Shown here: piece after piece, positions 1 through 16,410 of the stretch
Layout of the letters: every line of letters begins with the position of its first letter
Numbering within the stretch: position 1 is the first letter of the stretch
Assembly: GCF_009914755.1 (NCBI RefSeq)
Contig: NC_060934.1
Source: the human T2T-CHM13v2.0 reference genome, Homo sapiens
Strand: one strand, 5' to 3'
Length of the DNA: 64,000 nt
Notes under the pieces: generated by a model
Seen by the model: only the letters and a program-made list of their open reading frames with translations
What the model was told of the DNA's origin: nothing
Database searches by the model: none
Translations under genes and position numbers: made by a program

Positions 1-351
1 GAAAGGGAGGGGAGTGGGAAGGTGGTCTTCCCCTGGAGTTCAGGGCAGCCAAACTCTTCTCCACAGTCCCACCATCAAGCCGTCCCTCTGAAGTCAAGCT
101 GCTTCTCACCAACATCAAGCTGCTTCTCTTCTCTCCTTCTCTGCCACATGCTGCCAGTGGAGCCTGGGATTTTTATAGGTACAGGATGGGGGGTGAGGTG
201 GGCCAGAGTGGTTTTGAAAAAGACAACATTCAAGCCAGAAAACAGGGATGTAAAGTTCTCACTTTGGGCCGTGGGTCCAGGCTTGATGGTAGGGCCCTCG
301 CCAGGGATCGCCCGCTTCTACCCAGTATTTCCCTGCCCTCTGTCCATATCA
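1..351 (-). mobile_element. ERV1 LTR, LTR1/LTR27/LTR28-like (5' part; continues beyond window start)
   Basis: Minus strand begins TGATATGGACAGAGGGCAGGGAAATACTGGGTAGAAG, which matches my recollection of the LTR1-group start. GC-rich, with a sharp boundary at 351. Confidence 0.65.
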
Positions 352-1819
352 CTTTTGGAGGAAAATAGCAAACAAAAGAAGCTGTAAGTGTGTCTCCTAT
401 ACTATTCAGGAGAGCACATATTCTGACCAGGTAATATGAATTCATTTGGCCAGTGTCTAATCTTATCAAGGATTGCATAGAACTGATGACATTAAATAAT
501 TACACCAGCTCATCTGGTTGTGATACCACATTCACAAAGACACCATCTAATTATAACCTGGCTTAACTCATAAATTTTCCTAGAGAAGGCCCAGTTCACT
601 AGCTACCTGATATTTGTTTCTAAGCTAGCTGGTATTTGTGACCTGTACCATAAACAAGCATTCTGATTTTTATGTAAGTGATATGTGGTCATGTTAGCAG
701 AAGCCAGTTACGGTAACTCAGATCAATTCTGGATGCCCTGCAGAAAAAAATAAGCTTCTTAATTTTTAAGTCAAAAGAGCATGGGAACTGCACTGAGATC
801 TTAACAACTAGTGCTCTTTCCTCTGCCCCTTCAACAGCAGTGAGCTGGCCTCAATTCCATCTCTGATTTTACTCACTTTAAATTCAATACTACTATTACT
901 AAATCTCACTGTGTTACCCATTCAACCAAATATAACTTAGTAATAGTTTTCAGGCAATTGAGAACATACTTCCATTTAACAATGACAAGAACAACAAAAT
1001 GCTAGATGAATGAATGAATGATAGGTCAGTTAACTTTTAGAAGCTGTAGTTAAAAGCAAGTATTTTGAATGTATTAACAAGGCAATGTAACATGCTGGGA
1101 GCGGGGGAATCTCATGTCATGTTTAGTGTGTGTATTTGCTACAATTTGTCAGTCAAGTATAATTTTACAAAGACCTTGTATTTAGAATCAAATCGCAATG
1201 CTTGGAAGTAATTGAGTTGCATTTTGGGATTTGCCTTAAGGGAGATAGAAGGTGAGAGGCTTCTAGCTTAAGTACAATTACAGAAAAGGGCCTTGCATTT
1301 TTATGACTTAGGTTATTGGCCAATCAATGGGTCATTGGATCTTTATTATTTTAATTAAAATTGGTTCACTTTGATGACATAAAACATATTGATTATGGGT
1401 ATTCTCCTCAGAGTCTTGAAAGATTTGGTAGAAAATAGCAGTCTCTACCTTTCTCATGTACCCATCAATTCTGTTAACCCTCTTAGTCTGATTTCTCTTT
1501 TCTTCTTTGATTTTACTTCTACATCACTTTTTGTTTTTATTCATATTTTGCAGTAATCTTATGGAAATGACACCCACCCCTACACAGCGTATAACCAGGA
1601 GTCATTACTACTCTGTATTTGATAAGTGTAGAAAGGGCCATTGCTCATGCAAATGTCTACACATTCTCTGCATAGCTACTTACTATTAGCTTCAATATTG
1701 TTTAACTCAAACACTGTAATTTTGACCATAGACCCAAAATTATTCTGTTATTTTCTTTTTCACTCATGTGTTTATGCATTTATTAAAAAATATTTCAGTA
1801 CTTACTGTGTATTAAGTTG

Positions 1820-2105
1820 GGAAGGAAGGAAAGAAGGGAGAGAAAGAAGAAAATAAAGAAAGAGAGAAAGAAGGAAAGAAAGAAAGAAAGAAAAAGAAAG
1901 AACGAAAGAAAGAAAGAAAGAAAGAAAGAAAAAGAAAGAAAGAAAAGAGAGGAAGAGAGTAAGGAAGGGAGGGATGGAGGAAGGAAGGGAGGGAGGAAGG
2001 AAAGGGAAGGGAAGAAGGGAGAAGGGGGAGAGAGAAAAAAATGAAAGAAAAGGAAAAGAAAAGAAAAGAGAAAAGGAAAGAAAAGTAAAGAGAAAGAAAA
2101 GAAAG
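1820..2105 (+). repeat. GA-rich compound microsatellite (GAAA/GGAA/GAAAA)
   Basis: About 285 bp of almost pure purine, seen directly. It explains the R/K/E- and F/L/S-rich ORFs here. Confidence 0.97.
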
Positions 2106-3014
2106 GTAGGCACTAAAACGTTGCAGGTATTCATAAAGCAGCTGCTTAAAAATAAAACTAATTCTTTTCTATAAGGTTATTCTCTTCTAGACAAAGTTCA
2201 ACTGGTCAAATACTCTTGTTTTTTAAAGTTGCTTTGTAATAATTGTCCTAAGCTTGTTTTATTTATATAATTTAGTGTATTTAGAGTGTGGATACTTAGA
2301 TATTTGGGTTTCAAAGTTCACGTGCTCAAATTATCATCTAAGCTCTAAGATACAAAAACCAAAAACAAACAAACAAACAGAAAACCTTAACAAAATGTTT
2401 ATAATTTCCTTAAGCTGACCTTTAAGAACATCCCTGAAATGCATCTTTTGGACAATATTTTGTTTGTAATGTTTCTGGACATTAGGAAAAGTTAATATAG
2501 ACGAGGGAAAATAAGTAAGGAATAAAACTCTACATGTCTAAAGAATAATGCCAAGCAGGAGAAAGGAAGTTTAGCATTTTTAAACTACCTAAGTATGTTA
2601 GGTAATGGGTTACTTATGAAAATTAAGTATTTGTACATTTGTACATTTTTATAGCAGCCCTTCAGACCAAAACATGTTATTGAATTTATATTCCTTCAGA
2701 TTTTAGAAAACTAATTCATGTGTTTCTTTTTCTACTACGTTCATCGTTCAAAGGCAAAAGTTATGATTATTCACACTAAATAGGATTTTTAAAAGACTAT
2801 CAATAACTTCTTATTTGCACAAGATTTACCACCAAATGATTTACAAGATTCGTTTCTATTTTTCAGAGGTATTTGTTTGTTTTGAATTTTGAAAATGGTA
2901 ATAAGCACTGATAAGACATCATAAGAAAAGTGAGGTTTACAAGTATAAGTTACCCAGCCTGTCAATTATTGGCTTGGTATACATGCCCAAGATCACCACA
3001 TTAATATTTAGTGG

Positions 3015-3600
3015 TATGACCATTAATTTTATGTATCAACTTTATTGACCACAGGGTGCCAGATAAAATATTCTTTCTGGTTGTGTCTTTCAGCCTGTTT
3101 CTGGATGAGATTAGCATTTGAATTGGTGGATTCAGTTACGTAGCTTACCCTTCACAATGTGGTGGGCATCATCCAAGTCTTTAATGGTCTGAGTTGAACA
3201 AAAAGCAACAAAAGGCTGGGTGCAGTGGCTCAAGCCTGTAATCTCAGCATTTTGGGAGGCTGAGATGGGAGGATCACTTGAGCCCAGGAGTTCAGGACTA
3301 GCTTGTGCAACACAGTGAGGCCCTGTCTCTAAAAAAATAAAAATAAATAAAAATGTAAAAAGCAAGAAAGGGGAAATTCACTACAGTTTTCCTACCTCAC
3401 TGTTTGAGCTGAGGCATCTCATATCTTCTCAGACACTGGGAGTAGGATTTACTCCATTGACTCCCCTGGTTCTCAGGTCCTCAAACTCCAACTGATTTAC
3501 ACCACCAGCTCCCATGTAAGCCAATTTCTCTTAATAAATCTTCATATATATAAACAATCTCCTACTGGTTCTCTTTCTCTGGAGAACTCTGACTAATACA
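3015..3600 (+). mobile_element. MLT2 (ERVL) solo LTR, MLT2C/D-like, interrupted by a FLAM
   Basis: Motifs TTAATTTTATGTATCAACTT, GAGATTAGCATTTGAAT, AATAAA and the terminal CTGGAGAACTCTGACTAATACA. Confidence 0.8.
3214..3355 (+). mobile_element. FLAM (free left Alu monomer)
   Basis: GGCTGGGTGCAGTGGCTC...GGATCACTTGAGCCCAGGAGTTC...A-tail. Flanked by AAAAAGCAACAAA / AAAAAGCAAGAAA as a TSD. Confidence 0.9.
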
Positions 3601-4689
3601 AGTAGGAAGCGTTCAACAAAGATTTATCCAGTGGAGATTCAAACTAATGCCTGACACATTTTATACTCCACGCTTTTCCACCACACCAGGTAGTGCCAAT
3701 TTATAGAAAATACTTTCTCCAGAAGGCTTGGTATTTAGAAATGTCATATAATATTATATTGCTTGTCATGGTAACAACGTGAAATACAAGAATATGATAC
3801 TAAAATATTTGCTTTAAGGTAGAAATTTTCTCTTACAATTTTTCCTCCTACAAGAAGGGCGTAGATGAGTCAGACACTGATCCAATTCTCACTGGCCCAG
3901 TTAACTTGTCTAATGTAATTGAGAAGATGAAATGAAGGAATTCATCTATACATTAACTAATAGGCTTCCTTAAGTACTAAGAAATGTCTACTCCAAAAGG
4001 AAGGATGTGGCTTTCTTAAAATACGAACCAAACATAGAAATCTCAGAAGGTCCTTTATAAGATAACTTATATAGCAATTAAATGGCATTATACACTAAAA
4101 TTCATAGTCCTTACAGTTTTTTGAAAGCAGTCTCAATTTAGTTTGTAACTGTGATTTTCTTTATTTTCTAAGTCCAATCTCATTTTTTTCTTTGGTTTTC
4201 ATTTTTAATTGACACATAATAATTCTACATATTTATGTCGTACAAAATAATATTTCAATACATATATACAAAGCATAATGATGAAATCAGAATAATTATA
4301 TTTATGACCTCAAAAATTTATAATTTCTTTGCGCTAGGAACATTTAAAATCCTTTCTTCTAGCTATTTGAAAATATACATTGACTTATTCTTAACTATAG
4401 TCACCCCACAATGCTATAGAACCCTATAACCTATTCCTCCTTTATTGCATCTAGCTGTAATTTTGTATCCATTAACCAACGTCTCTATCCTTTCCTCCCT
4501 CCTACCAATCCCAGCTTCTAATAATCACAGTTTTCACGGTTTACTTCTATAAGGTCAAGTTTTTAGCTCCCACATGAGTGAGAATATGTGATATTAATCT
4601 TTCTGTGCTAGACTTATTTTGCATAACATAATCCCCTCCAGACTCACCCATGTTTCCAAGAATGACAGGATTTCATTCATTTTATTCAA

Positions 4690-4714
4690 ATATATATATA
4701 TATATATATATATA
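4690..4714. repeat. (TA)n microsatellite inside L1
   Basis: Direct observation. Confidence 0.95.
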
Positions 4715-6333
4715 TGAATGAATAGTATTCCATCGTGTATATATACTATATTATCTTTATCCATTAATCTGGTGATAAGCAATTAGGCTGATTCCATATC
4801 TTGACTATAGAGAATAGTGTTATAATAAATATGGGGATACATATATCTTTCTGATACACTTACTTTATTTCCTTTGGGTAAATATCAAGTAATGGGATTG
4901 CTGGATCATATGGTATTCAAATTTTTAATTTTTGGAGGAAACATTATACTATTTTTCAAAATAGATGTCCTAATTTACATTCTCATCAACAGTGTATAAG
5001 AGCTCCCTTTTCTCCACATCCTCACCAACATTTCTGATTTTTTTTTAATAACAGCCATTCTAATTGGGGAAAAATTATACCTCTCTGGATTTAATTTGCA
5101 TTCCCCTGATGATTAGTGATATTGAACATTTTTAAATATACTTATTAGCCACTCGTATGTCTTATTTTGAGAAATGTCTATTCAGATATTTTGCTCATTT
5201 TAAAAATGAGGTTATTTGGATATTTTGCTGTTGACTTCTTTGAGTTCTTAATATTAATCCCTTGTCAAATCAGTAGTATGCAAATATTTTCTCCCATTCT
5301 ACAGGTTACTTCTTCATTCTTCACTCTGTTGTTTCCTTTGCTGCACAGGAGCTCTTTAGCTTTATATAATCCATTGGTCTATTTTTGCTTTTATAGCCTA
5401 TGTTTTTGAACTCTTAACCACAAAAACTTTGCCCAGGCCAATATCTCTAGTTTTCTTCTAGTAGTGTTATAGACTTGGGTCTTACATTTAAGTTTTCACC
5501 CATTTTGAGTTGATTTCTGTATATAGTGAGAGATAGAGATCTAGTTTCATTCTTCCACCTACAGATATCTAGGTTTGTCAGCACCATTTATTGAAAAGGC
5601 TGCCATTTTCCCAATGCCTATTCTTTGCACTTTTGTGAAAAATCAATTGGCTATACATACGTGGATTTATTTCTGGGTTCTCTATTCTGTTCCATTTGTC
5701 TATGTGTCTGTTTTTATATCAGTATCACACTGCTTTGATTACTATAGCTTTGTAGTATATTTTGGAGACAAGCAGTATTATGCCTCTAGCTTTATTCATT
5801 TTTCTCAGAACTGATTTAGTTATTTGAGGTCTTTCGTGGTTCCATACAAATTTTAGGATTTTTTTTCCTTTTTTTTTTTTTTGAAGCATGTCCTAAGTTT
5901 GGATGGAAATTGCATTAAACCTGTAGGCTACTTTGGGTAGTATGGTCATTTTTATAATATTAATTCTTCCAGTCCATGAACATGGGATGTCTTTCCATTT
6001 TATTTGTGTCCACTCTAATGTATTTCATCAATATTTTATAATTTTCATTGTAGAGAATTTTCAACTCCTTGGTTGAATTTATTCTTAGGTATTTTTTTAT
6101 TATTTTTACAGCTATTATAAACATAATTGCTTTCTTAATTTATTTTTCACTAAGTTTATTATTGGTGTATAGAGAGACTAATTATTTTTGCTCATTTATT
6201 GTGTATCCTGCAAATTTACCAAATTTATCAGGTCTAAGATTTTTTTTGGTGGAGTCTAGATTTTCCTATATATAAGATCATGTCATCTCCATATAGGGAT
6301 AATTTGACTTCCTCTTTTTTGAGTTGGATATAC

Positions 6334-6457
6334 TTTTTTAAAGAGATAGGGTCTCACTGTGTAGCCCAGGCTGGTTTCAAACTCCTGAGCTCAAGTGATC
6401 CTCTCATTCTAGCCTCCTGAGTAGCTGGGACTACACAAATATGCCACTGCACCCAGC
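6334..6457 (-). mobile_element. FLAM inserted in L1 RT region
   Basis: AGAGATAGGGTCTCAC...AACTCCTGAGCTCAAGTGATCC...CACCCAGC. The L1 ORF2 sequence resumes on both sides. Confidence 0.88.
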
Positions 6458-9400
6458 TGCACTTTATTCCTTTCTCTTGCCTAATTATTCTGGCTAGGAC
6501 TTCCAGTGCTATGTTAAATAAGAGTGGTGAAAGTGGGCATCATTGTCCTATCCCAGTTTTTCAAGGAAAAGCTTTCAGTTTTCTCCATTCAGTATATTAG
6601 CTGTGGTTTTGTCATATGTGGCCTTTACTGTGTTGAGGTACACTTCTATACTTAATTTGTTAAGAGGTGTTTTTTTTTTTTTTCATGAGGTAATGTTGAA
6701 TTTTATCAAATGCTTTTTCTGCCACTATTGAGGTGATCATTCAATTGTTGCTGTGATGTATCACATTTATTGACTTGCATATGTTAAACTATCCTTGCAT
6801 TCCTAGAAAAATAATCCCACGTAATTGCAATGTATAATCCTTCTGATATGCTGTTGGATTTCATTTGTTAGTTTTTTGTTGAGGATATTTGCGTCTATGT
6901 TCATTCAAAATATTGGTCTGTAGATTTCTTTTATTGTTGTGTCCTTGTCTGGTTTTGGTATCAGGGTAATGCTTCCCTTATAAAATGAGTAAGAAAGTTT
7001 GTACTCCTTTTTACTTTTTTGCAAAATTGTGAGAACTGATTTTAGTTCTTTAAAAATTTGGTAGAATTTAGCAGTGAAGTCATCTGGTCCTAGGCTTTGT
7101 GCTGTTGTTATTGGGAGATTTTTTATTTCTGATTTAACATCCTTACTCATTATTGGTCTGGTTAGATTTTCAAATTCTTCCTGGTTCAGTCTTCGAAGGT
7201 GGATGTATCCAAAAATTTATTCATTTCCTCTAGGTTTTCCAATTTATTGGCATATAGTTGTTCACAATATTCTCTTGTGATCCTTTATATTTCCGTGGTA
7301 TCTGTTGTAATGCCTGCATTATGATTTTTGATTTATGTGGGTCATCTCTCTTTTTTCTTTGTTTGTCTCACTAACAACTGTTCAATTTTGATTATCTTTC
7401 CAAAACACTATCATTATATTGTTTTTATTTTATTGATCTTTTGTATTTTTTGTGCCTGTTTTGTTTATTTTTGCTCTGAATTTTATTATTTCTTTCTATC
7501 TACTAAGTTGGGTTTGGTTTGTTCTTGCTTTTCTAATTTCTCAGAATGCATCATTAGGTTGTTTATTTGAAATCTTTCTTTTTTGATGTGTTTTTGCCAT
7601 AAATTTCTATATTACTACTGCTTTTGCTGTATCTCATAGGTTTTGGTATGCTGTCTTTCAATTTTCATTTCTTTGAAGAAATTTCTTCATGTTCTTCTTA
7701 ATTTTTTATTAACTAATTGACCATTCAGGGGCATGTTGTTTGATTTGAATGCATTTGTACAGTTTCTGAAGTTCCTCTTGTTATTAATTTCTATGTTTAT
7801 TTCATTGTTATTTTTTAAAAATACCTCACATGACTTCGATTATTTTTAAATTTATTAGGATTTGTTTTGTGACCTAACTTTGTGCTGATGAGAACAATGT
7901 GTACTTGTAGTTGTTGCATCAAATCTTCTCTACTTGTATATTAGGTCTATTTGGTCTATATTGCAGTTGAAGTTTGATGTTTCTTTGATTTTTTGTCTAA
8001 ATCTGTCCACTCTCTGTTCAATGTTGAGAGTGGGTTGCTGAAGTCCCCGACTATTTGTAATGGAGTATATTTCTTCTATTCGTTCTAATAGTATTTGCTT
8101 CATATATCTGTGTGCTCTGGTGTTGGGTGCATATATACTTATAATTGTGATATCTTCTTGCTGAATTTATTTATCATTATATAATAACTTTGTCTCTTTT
8201 AATGTTTTTTGACTTAAAGTATTTTATCTGATATAAGTATAGCTACTTCTGCTCATTTTTGGTTTCCATTCACAAGGAATAACTTTTTCCATTCTTTGAC
8301 TTTCAGTCTGCATGTGTATTTCCAGGTAAAGTGAGCTTCTTGTATGCAGCATATAGTTAGGTCAATTTTTTAAATCTATATAGCCCAGTCAGCAAAACTT
8401 TTAATTTGATAATTTAAACCATTTACCAAAGATTTTATTGAATGTTGAGAATTTACTCCTGTTCTTTTGTTAATTGTTTACTGGTTGTGTTGTAAACCCT
8501 TTGTTTTCTTCTCTGCCTCTTATTGTTTAACATTGCAGTATGGAGGTATTCTGTAGTGAGATCATTTTACTTCTTTCTCTTTCTTACTTGTGCATCTGCT
8601 GTACCAGTGAGTTTTATACTTTTGTGTTTTTTCATAATGGCAGATATCATCCTTTCACATCCACGTGTCAGGCTCTCTTATGCAATTCACGTGGGGCTGG
8701 TCTCGTGGTGATGAATTTTCTTAGTTTTTGCTTGTCTAAAAAAGATCCTATTTCTTTTTTATTTCTGAAGGATAGCTTTCCTGAGTATAATATTCTCGTC
8801 TCACAGGTTTTTTTTATTTCTTTCAACTCTTTGAATATATCATCCTATTCTCTCTTGGCCTGTAAGGTTTCTGCTGAGAAATCTTCTGTTAGTCTGATAG
8901 GGATTTCCTTGTATGTGACTTGTTGCTTTTCCCTTGCTGTTTTTAGATTCTCCCCTTGTCTTTGGACAATTTCAGTATAGTTTGCCTCAGAGGGCACCTG
9001 TTTGGGTTGAATTTATTTGTAATTTTTTAGCTTCTTAATCTGGATATCCATATCTCTTCTAAGACTTAGGACATTTTTAGCTATTATTTCATTAAATAGG
9101 TTTCTGCCTTTTAGCATCTTTTCTCTTGCTGTAACTTCTATAATGTAACTATGTATTTGCTTAATAATGTCTCTTATATCCTATAGAGTTTCTTCATTCT
9201 TTTTCATTCTGTTTTTCTTTTCTTTTCTCCTCTTTTTTGTCTCATTGGGTAATTTCTCTATTCACCTTCAGAAATTTTTTTTCTGCTTAATTCAGTTCTA
9301 CTATTGAAGTTTTTCTATTGTATTTTTTATTTCACTTATTGAATTTTTCAATTTCAAGATTTCAGGTTGGATCTTTTTAAACAATATCTATCTCTTTGCT

Positions 9401-11414
9401 AAATGTCTCTTTCAGATCATAAGCTATTATTTTTTCTTGGATTGTCTATTTGTGTTCTCATGTCTCACTGAGTTTACTTAAGATCATTATTTTAAATTTG
9501 GGTCTGTTACTGGAGAATTATGATGTTGCTTTGAAAATGCCATGTTTCTTTGCTCTTTCATGTTTTTCCTGTTCTTAAATTGATATTTAAGATCTTGTAG
9601 GACAGTCCCTTCTTCCAATTTTATGTAATAGTTTTAATAGGGAAAGACTTTTTCCTGTAGATATTTTCAATAATGTGGGTTGGATAGAGTGCTTTGGTTA
9701 AGGTTCTAGGTGGGCACTGTTGTATATTATCCATATGATTTCTAAAGCTGTAATCAATGTCATCAGTGTCTGAGAGTGCATCAGTGGTCTAGGCTGCAAT
9801 TATTTGTGAAATCTGTGGCAGAGCTTTACTGGGGACAGGGATGCCAGGTTGGTTGGTCCTTGGTCTCCAGGAGAGCCCACAGAGGTGCACAGTCACGTTG
9901 CCTGTGGAGGGGTCAAGATTGCCTGTGGTGGTGACAGGCTCCTCATGGGACAGTCCTCAAGTTTATGGAGAGCGTGCACAGTCTTGTGATGGCCCCATTT
10001 TGGATGAAGCAGGGTCCCTGATGGTGATGGAAAGCCCTGGGCAGGTGGCTCTTGGATTCTGGGGAATGAGTGTGTCAGGTCACTATGTCCTGAGGGCTGC
10101 CTTCCCAGTGTGCTGGATCATTTATGCCCTGATGTATAGAGCTCTGCCTGGGCTCTGGTAACAAAGTTACAGCTGCACCACTATGTTCATCTTTTGTCAT
10201 GATGCTGCAGCTTTCCTGGTAGATGAGGTGGAAGGTCAGCAAGCCCCAGGGATATGGAGGTGCAGGGGCTATTGGGCCCCAGGGAAGAATAAACTCAGGT
10301 GGTGGCTTTTCTCTAAAAATGGGGCCATGCTGTGGCAGCTTGGGTCTTTGGAGGTGAAGAGGACCCAATGTGAATTTTCTTTCTGGGACAATGCAGTTGC
10401 ATGGACTCCAGGCAGCTCTCTATACTTGACTCAGCTCCTGCAATGGCTGTGAAGCTCTCCTGTTAGTAGGAGTGTGAGTATTCATCGTGGGAATGTGGAC
10501 TACTGAGGATCTCTTGCTTTTCTTTTTTCTGCAGTGGAAAGCTCCTCTTGGCTTGCAGACAATCCTGGCCAGACACTTCATTTTCTCTATATGCATATAT
10601 GATACTACATAACCCTAGTATCTATGCCTCAGAGGGTTTTCGATATTTCGTAATAGAAAAAAAAATCATAAGATTTACTGAATCGTAAAGTGCTTTTTTT
10701 TCCTTTGATGAAGTCATTTGAAATATTCTAATATCTAGCAGTTGTCCCTCTGAAACATTTCATGGGGAAGGGGGAATCCTTCCAGAATATGGAGGTTTAA
10801 GATTGTAACCTGATCCAAGTGGAGCTTGACTTCTTGGCTCCTGATTTTGATGCTGTTTTCCCTCATTATACACTAAGATAGCTTTATACAATGTAATTAG
10901 TGGTTTTAGTCAGCACATTCATTTCAGGGTAAAGGGAAAACAAAATAAAATATCTGGGAATGGGTATATATTTTAAATTAATAAAGTTACTTTATTTTAT
11001 CCTCCCTCTTTACTAGAGAAGCTAAATGCAAAACTAAATAGACTAGCAATTATTATCCAATTATCCACAGACATGTGTATGCTTTAGCTGTATTTTTAAG
11101 AATACCAACAATGAGAAAGCTGACAGTTTCACAATTAGCTGACAAACAAAGCCCCCATTCTCTCTCTACTCCTCCTCCTTACTCTCTGATTTTACAAGAT
11201 CAAATTAGTATTACTGAATAAACTATCTCAATGCTATACTGCTACTGCTAAGGATTAAATTCTGTTTCACCATCTAAACAGAAATTTAATTTCCCAGTCT
11301 AAACAGAAGATACAGATCCAAGAATATCTAATGAAATACAACCCACAGTGTGTTCTAATTACATACAGTTGAGGTTTTCAGAGTTAATCCTAAAGAGAGT
11401 AATAACTTCCCCCA

Positions 11415-11587
11415 AAATCAGACACTGTACAATGCCTTGATTTCAGTCTAGTTCGACTTTGAGCAGGAACCCCAGACAATATTCACCTAAACTATGGACC
11501 CACAAAATCTATGAGATAATAAATTTATGTTGTTTTAAGCTGATAAATTTGTGGTAACTTGCTATACATCTATAGAAAACTAATACA
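11415..11587 (+). mobile_element. MLT1 (MaLR) LTR 3' fragment
   Basis: TGAGATAATAAATTTATGTTGTTTTAAGC...GTGGTAACTTGCTATAC...AAAACTAATACA is a typical MLT1 end. Confidence 0.75.
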
Positions 11588-11589
11588 GT

Positions 11590-13560
<1,971 letters not shown>

Positions 13561-13977
13561 AATATATATATTTGGTCATAAATCAGGTATGGTTCTTCAA
13601 CAAGAATCTGTCTCCCCCTACTAAACAGCAGGACTCCTGTGCTCCTTAGAGTTGAAGATACACACATACACACAGACAAACACATTCACATACAGCCAAA
13701 CACACACATGCCTGGAAAATATTGCTGGATTCAAGATATGTGTGTGAAGGATGATTGAACATTGATCTTTGAGAAACTTTTACGGTTGTTATGCACCCCA
13801 CATACATAATATATGATTTGTAGTTGCGTGTCTGATATAAAAGATCTAATTTTTATAAAATTGTGTTACAAGTATTTGATTGAGACTGACAACATGAAGT
13901 AGGAAATCCTTAAATGGTGACCTACATCCCTAAGGCAGGTGAAAAGTATCATGAAAATCAACTGTTATTTTGCAAGG

Positions 13978-14540
13978 TGTTGTAACTCAATTTTAAAATG
14001 GCCCCCACAGATCCCTTCCTCTTATTATTTACAACTATGCAAAACTCCCTTCTCTTGAGTATAGGCTTGAACTATTAACTTGTTTCTTATGAACAGAATG
14101 AAGCAAAAGTGAGAGGTATTTCCGAGATTACCTTCTAAAAGACTGTGACTTTAATCTCCTTCACAGGCTCTTTCTCACTTTCTCATTTGATTCCTGCAAT
14201 TGAAGCCATCTGCTATGCTGTGTCCTGTTCTTTGGATCAGCACACATGACAAGGAAGTGAAAGTAGTCTCTGTCCAACAATCAGTCTAACAGCCTGAGAA
14301 GAACTGAATTCTGTCAATGACCACGTAAGCTTCGAAGCAGACCTTTCGCTTGTTGAGCCTTCAGATAGACAGCAGCCCTAGCTGACATCTTAACTGCAGT
14401 CTTGTGACAGGTCCTCAGACAGGATAAGCCAAGTTATACCCAGACTGCTGATCCACAGAAAATGAGAGGTAATAAATATCGTTGTTTTAAACCACTAAAT
14501 TTGGTAGTAATGTTACATAGTAAAAAATAAGAAGTATACA
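13978..14540 (+). mobile_element. MLT1E/F-like MaLR solo LTR
   Basis: AAAATGGCCCCCA...GAACTGAATTCTGTCAATGACCACG...AATAAATATCGTTGTTTTAAACCACTAAATTTGG. Confidence 0.8.
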
Positions 14541-16118
14541 ATATATCAAATTGTGCTGCTTCTTTATTTCATGCTTTAAAATTTTATTTCCAATTTTTAG
14601 TTTTTAAAGGTATTATCTATGGTATTAAAAATAACTATAAATTTATTATTAAATGTATTTTATTATAGTTTTATTAATATTCTATTACATATAAGATATA
14701 ATACCAACTTATGGATTTATAAAATTATTTATCCTGATATATAAAATAAATTGACATATAAAATAATTATTTTATTAATCATCATTGTTATTTAAAATAA
14801 CCACATATAATCATAGCCTAATTATATCTCAAAGCTACCTAATGCCTTCTTTAAGTGACTAGTTTCACATTCCAAAGAAGAGTCAACTAATTTTAAGTAT
14901 ATTTGTAGAATTTTCGTGGATAGTTCTAAGTAGTTTGGTCACATATTTAGTTAAATTGGAAGCAAGTAAATAAGAAAATAGATCTGCCATGAACATATCC
15001 GATATTGGAGTGTGAAAGGCAAATACCCAGATAGTTATGATAAAAATGAACAAAGCTATTAATCTGACAAATGTAGGGCCAGATTTAGCAAGATTTCAGA
15101 TTATGTTTTATTTTAATGTCCATTTATCATTGTCTATAAGATCCAAAGAATGCTCATATACATTGAATAAATTGTCCATCTGTCCTATTTTTTAAGGATG
15201 ATTTGACTAAAAACATTTTTTCTCACGTCTATTTTCTCATAGTAGCACTTTTGACACATCCATTTCCCATTTTTGGTTTTGGAAAATGAGGTCACTCTAC
15301 CTATGGAAAAGACAAAGGAAATTTTAAGTCTCTCCCCTTGGGTTGTTTGTAGTCTCATTGAGAAGAAGACAAAGATGTGTATCTTTATCTTCCCTTAATA
15401 CCTGTAAATTAGGAAAAGTAAGAATGGAAAAACAAAGGAACAAACGGAGACAATGAGATATAGAAAAGCTCAAAGAAAGATAAGTCAGAACTAAACACAA
15501 GTTTTCTTATGAATAAAGTATCTCTTCTTTATTTACTTTTATCTTGTTTCCTAGATCAGTTGTCTTACAGAATTAGACCAACCAATTACAAAAATGACAA
15601 GATACAAACATATAGCAAGCATACAAATTCTCAGGAAAGCTACACTTGAAACTAGTTATGTGGCAATGAAATAGACAGATTGAATATATTTTGAAGCTGC
15701 CACAATTATCTAAATATTTAGTAATATTTAATCTGTAAGATATTTTGGTAGGTTTCCTTGAGGAAGCACAATTTATTCTTTTTAGAGGGAATGTCACCTG
15801 TCAGTTTTTATAAAATATATTGCATTTGGGAAATCTAAAGTCAGAACTATCCATAATTTTTAAGGAAAATGTAAAATCATCAAATCAGTAGCAATTTTAT
15901 ATTTTGTTTCTGAAATTGTTTTCCCACCCTCTTCAACTTTATGATAATTTATCGGGTTTTCAGAGAAAAAATACACAGGAGATACAAAGAAAAAATATTT
16001 TTCCAGGTTTATCTTTCCAACATGCTTTTGTTCATTTAGGATTTGTTTAGCTGTTGATTTTGAAAGTTTATTTTTTCATACATACTAGCTGCATATAGTT
16101 GATAAAAGCCTCAAATAC

Positions 16119-16410
16119 AGCCAGGCATGGTGGCTCACACCTACAATCCCAACACTTTAGGAGGTCAAGGAGAGAGGACGGTTTGAGCCCAAGAGTTCGA
16201 GACCAGCCTAGGCAATGTAGTGAGGCCATGTCTCCACTAAAAATTAAAAAAAAAACTTAAAAAGATTAGCTGGGCATGGTGATCCACACCTGTATTCTTA
16301 GCTACTCAGGAAGCTAAGGCAAGAGGATCACTTCAGCCCAGGAGTTCAAGCCTGCCATGAGCTTATGATCACACCACTGCAACAGAGCAAGGTCGTGTCT
16401 GAAAAACTAA
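16119..16410 (+). mobile_element. AluJ (diverged, small right-arm deletion)
   Basis: TTGAGCCCAAGAGTTCGAGACCAGCCTAGGCAA and GGATCACTTCAGCCCAGGAG are J-type diagnostics. Confidence 0.9.

Larger units (their letters stand above)
4186..10640 (-). mobile_element. Near full-length decayed LINE-1, L1MA4-L1MA6-like
   Basis: 3'UTR and T-tract at about 4190. ORF2 remnants: SITLIPKPDKDTT..YRPI (6905-7150), [10 protein letters not shown] and YGDDMILY (about 6270-6560), endonuclease at about 8000-8350. ORF1 remnants at 8700-9560; GC-richer 5'UTR at 9800-10600. Many stops and frameshifts. Confidence 0.92.

Noticed and set aside
1802-2174. R/K/E-rich and F/L/S-rich ORFs (also 45213-45548)
   Set aside because: They are translations of GA microsatellites.
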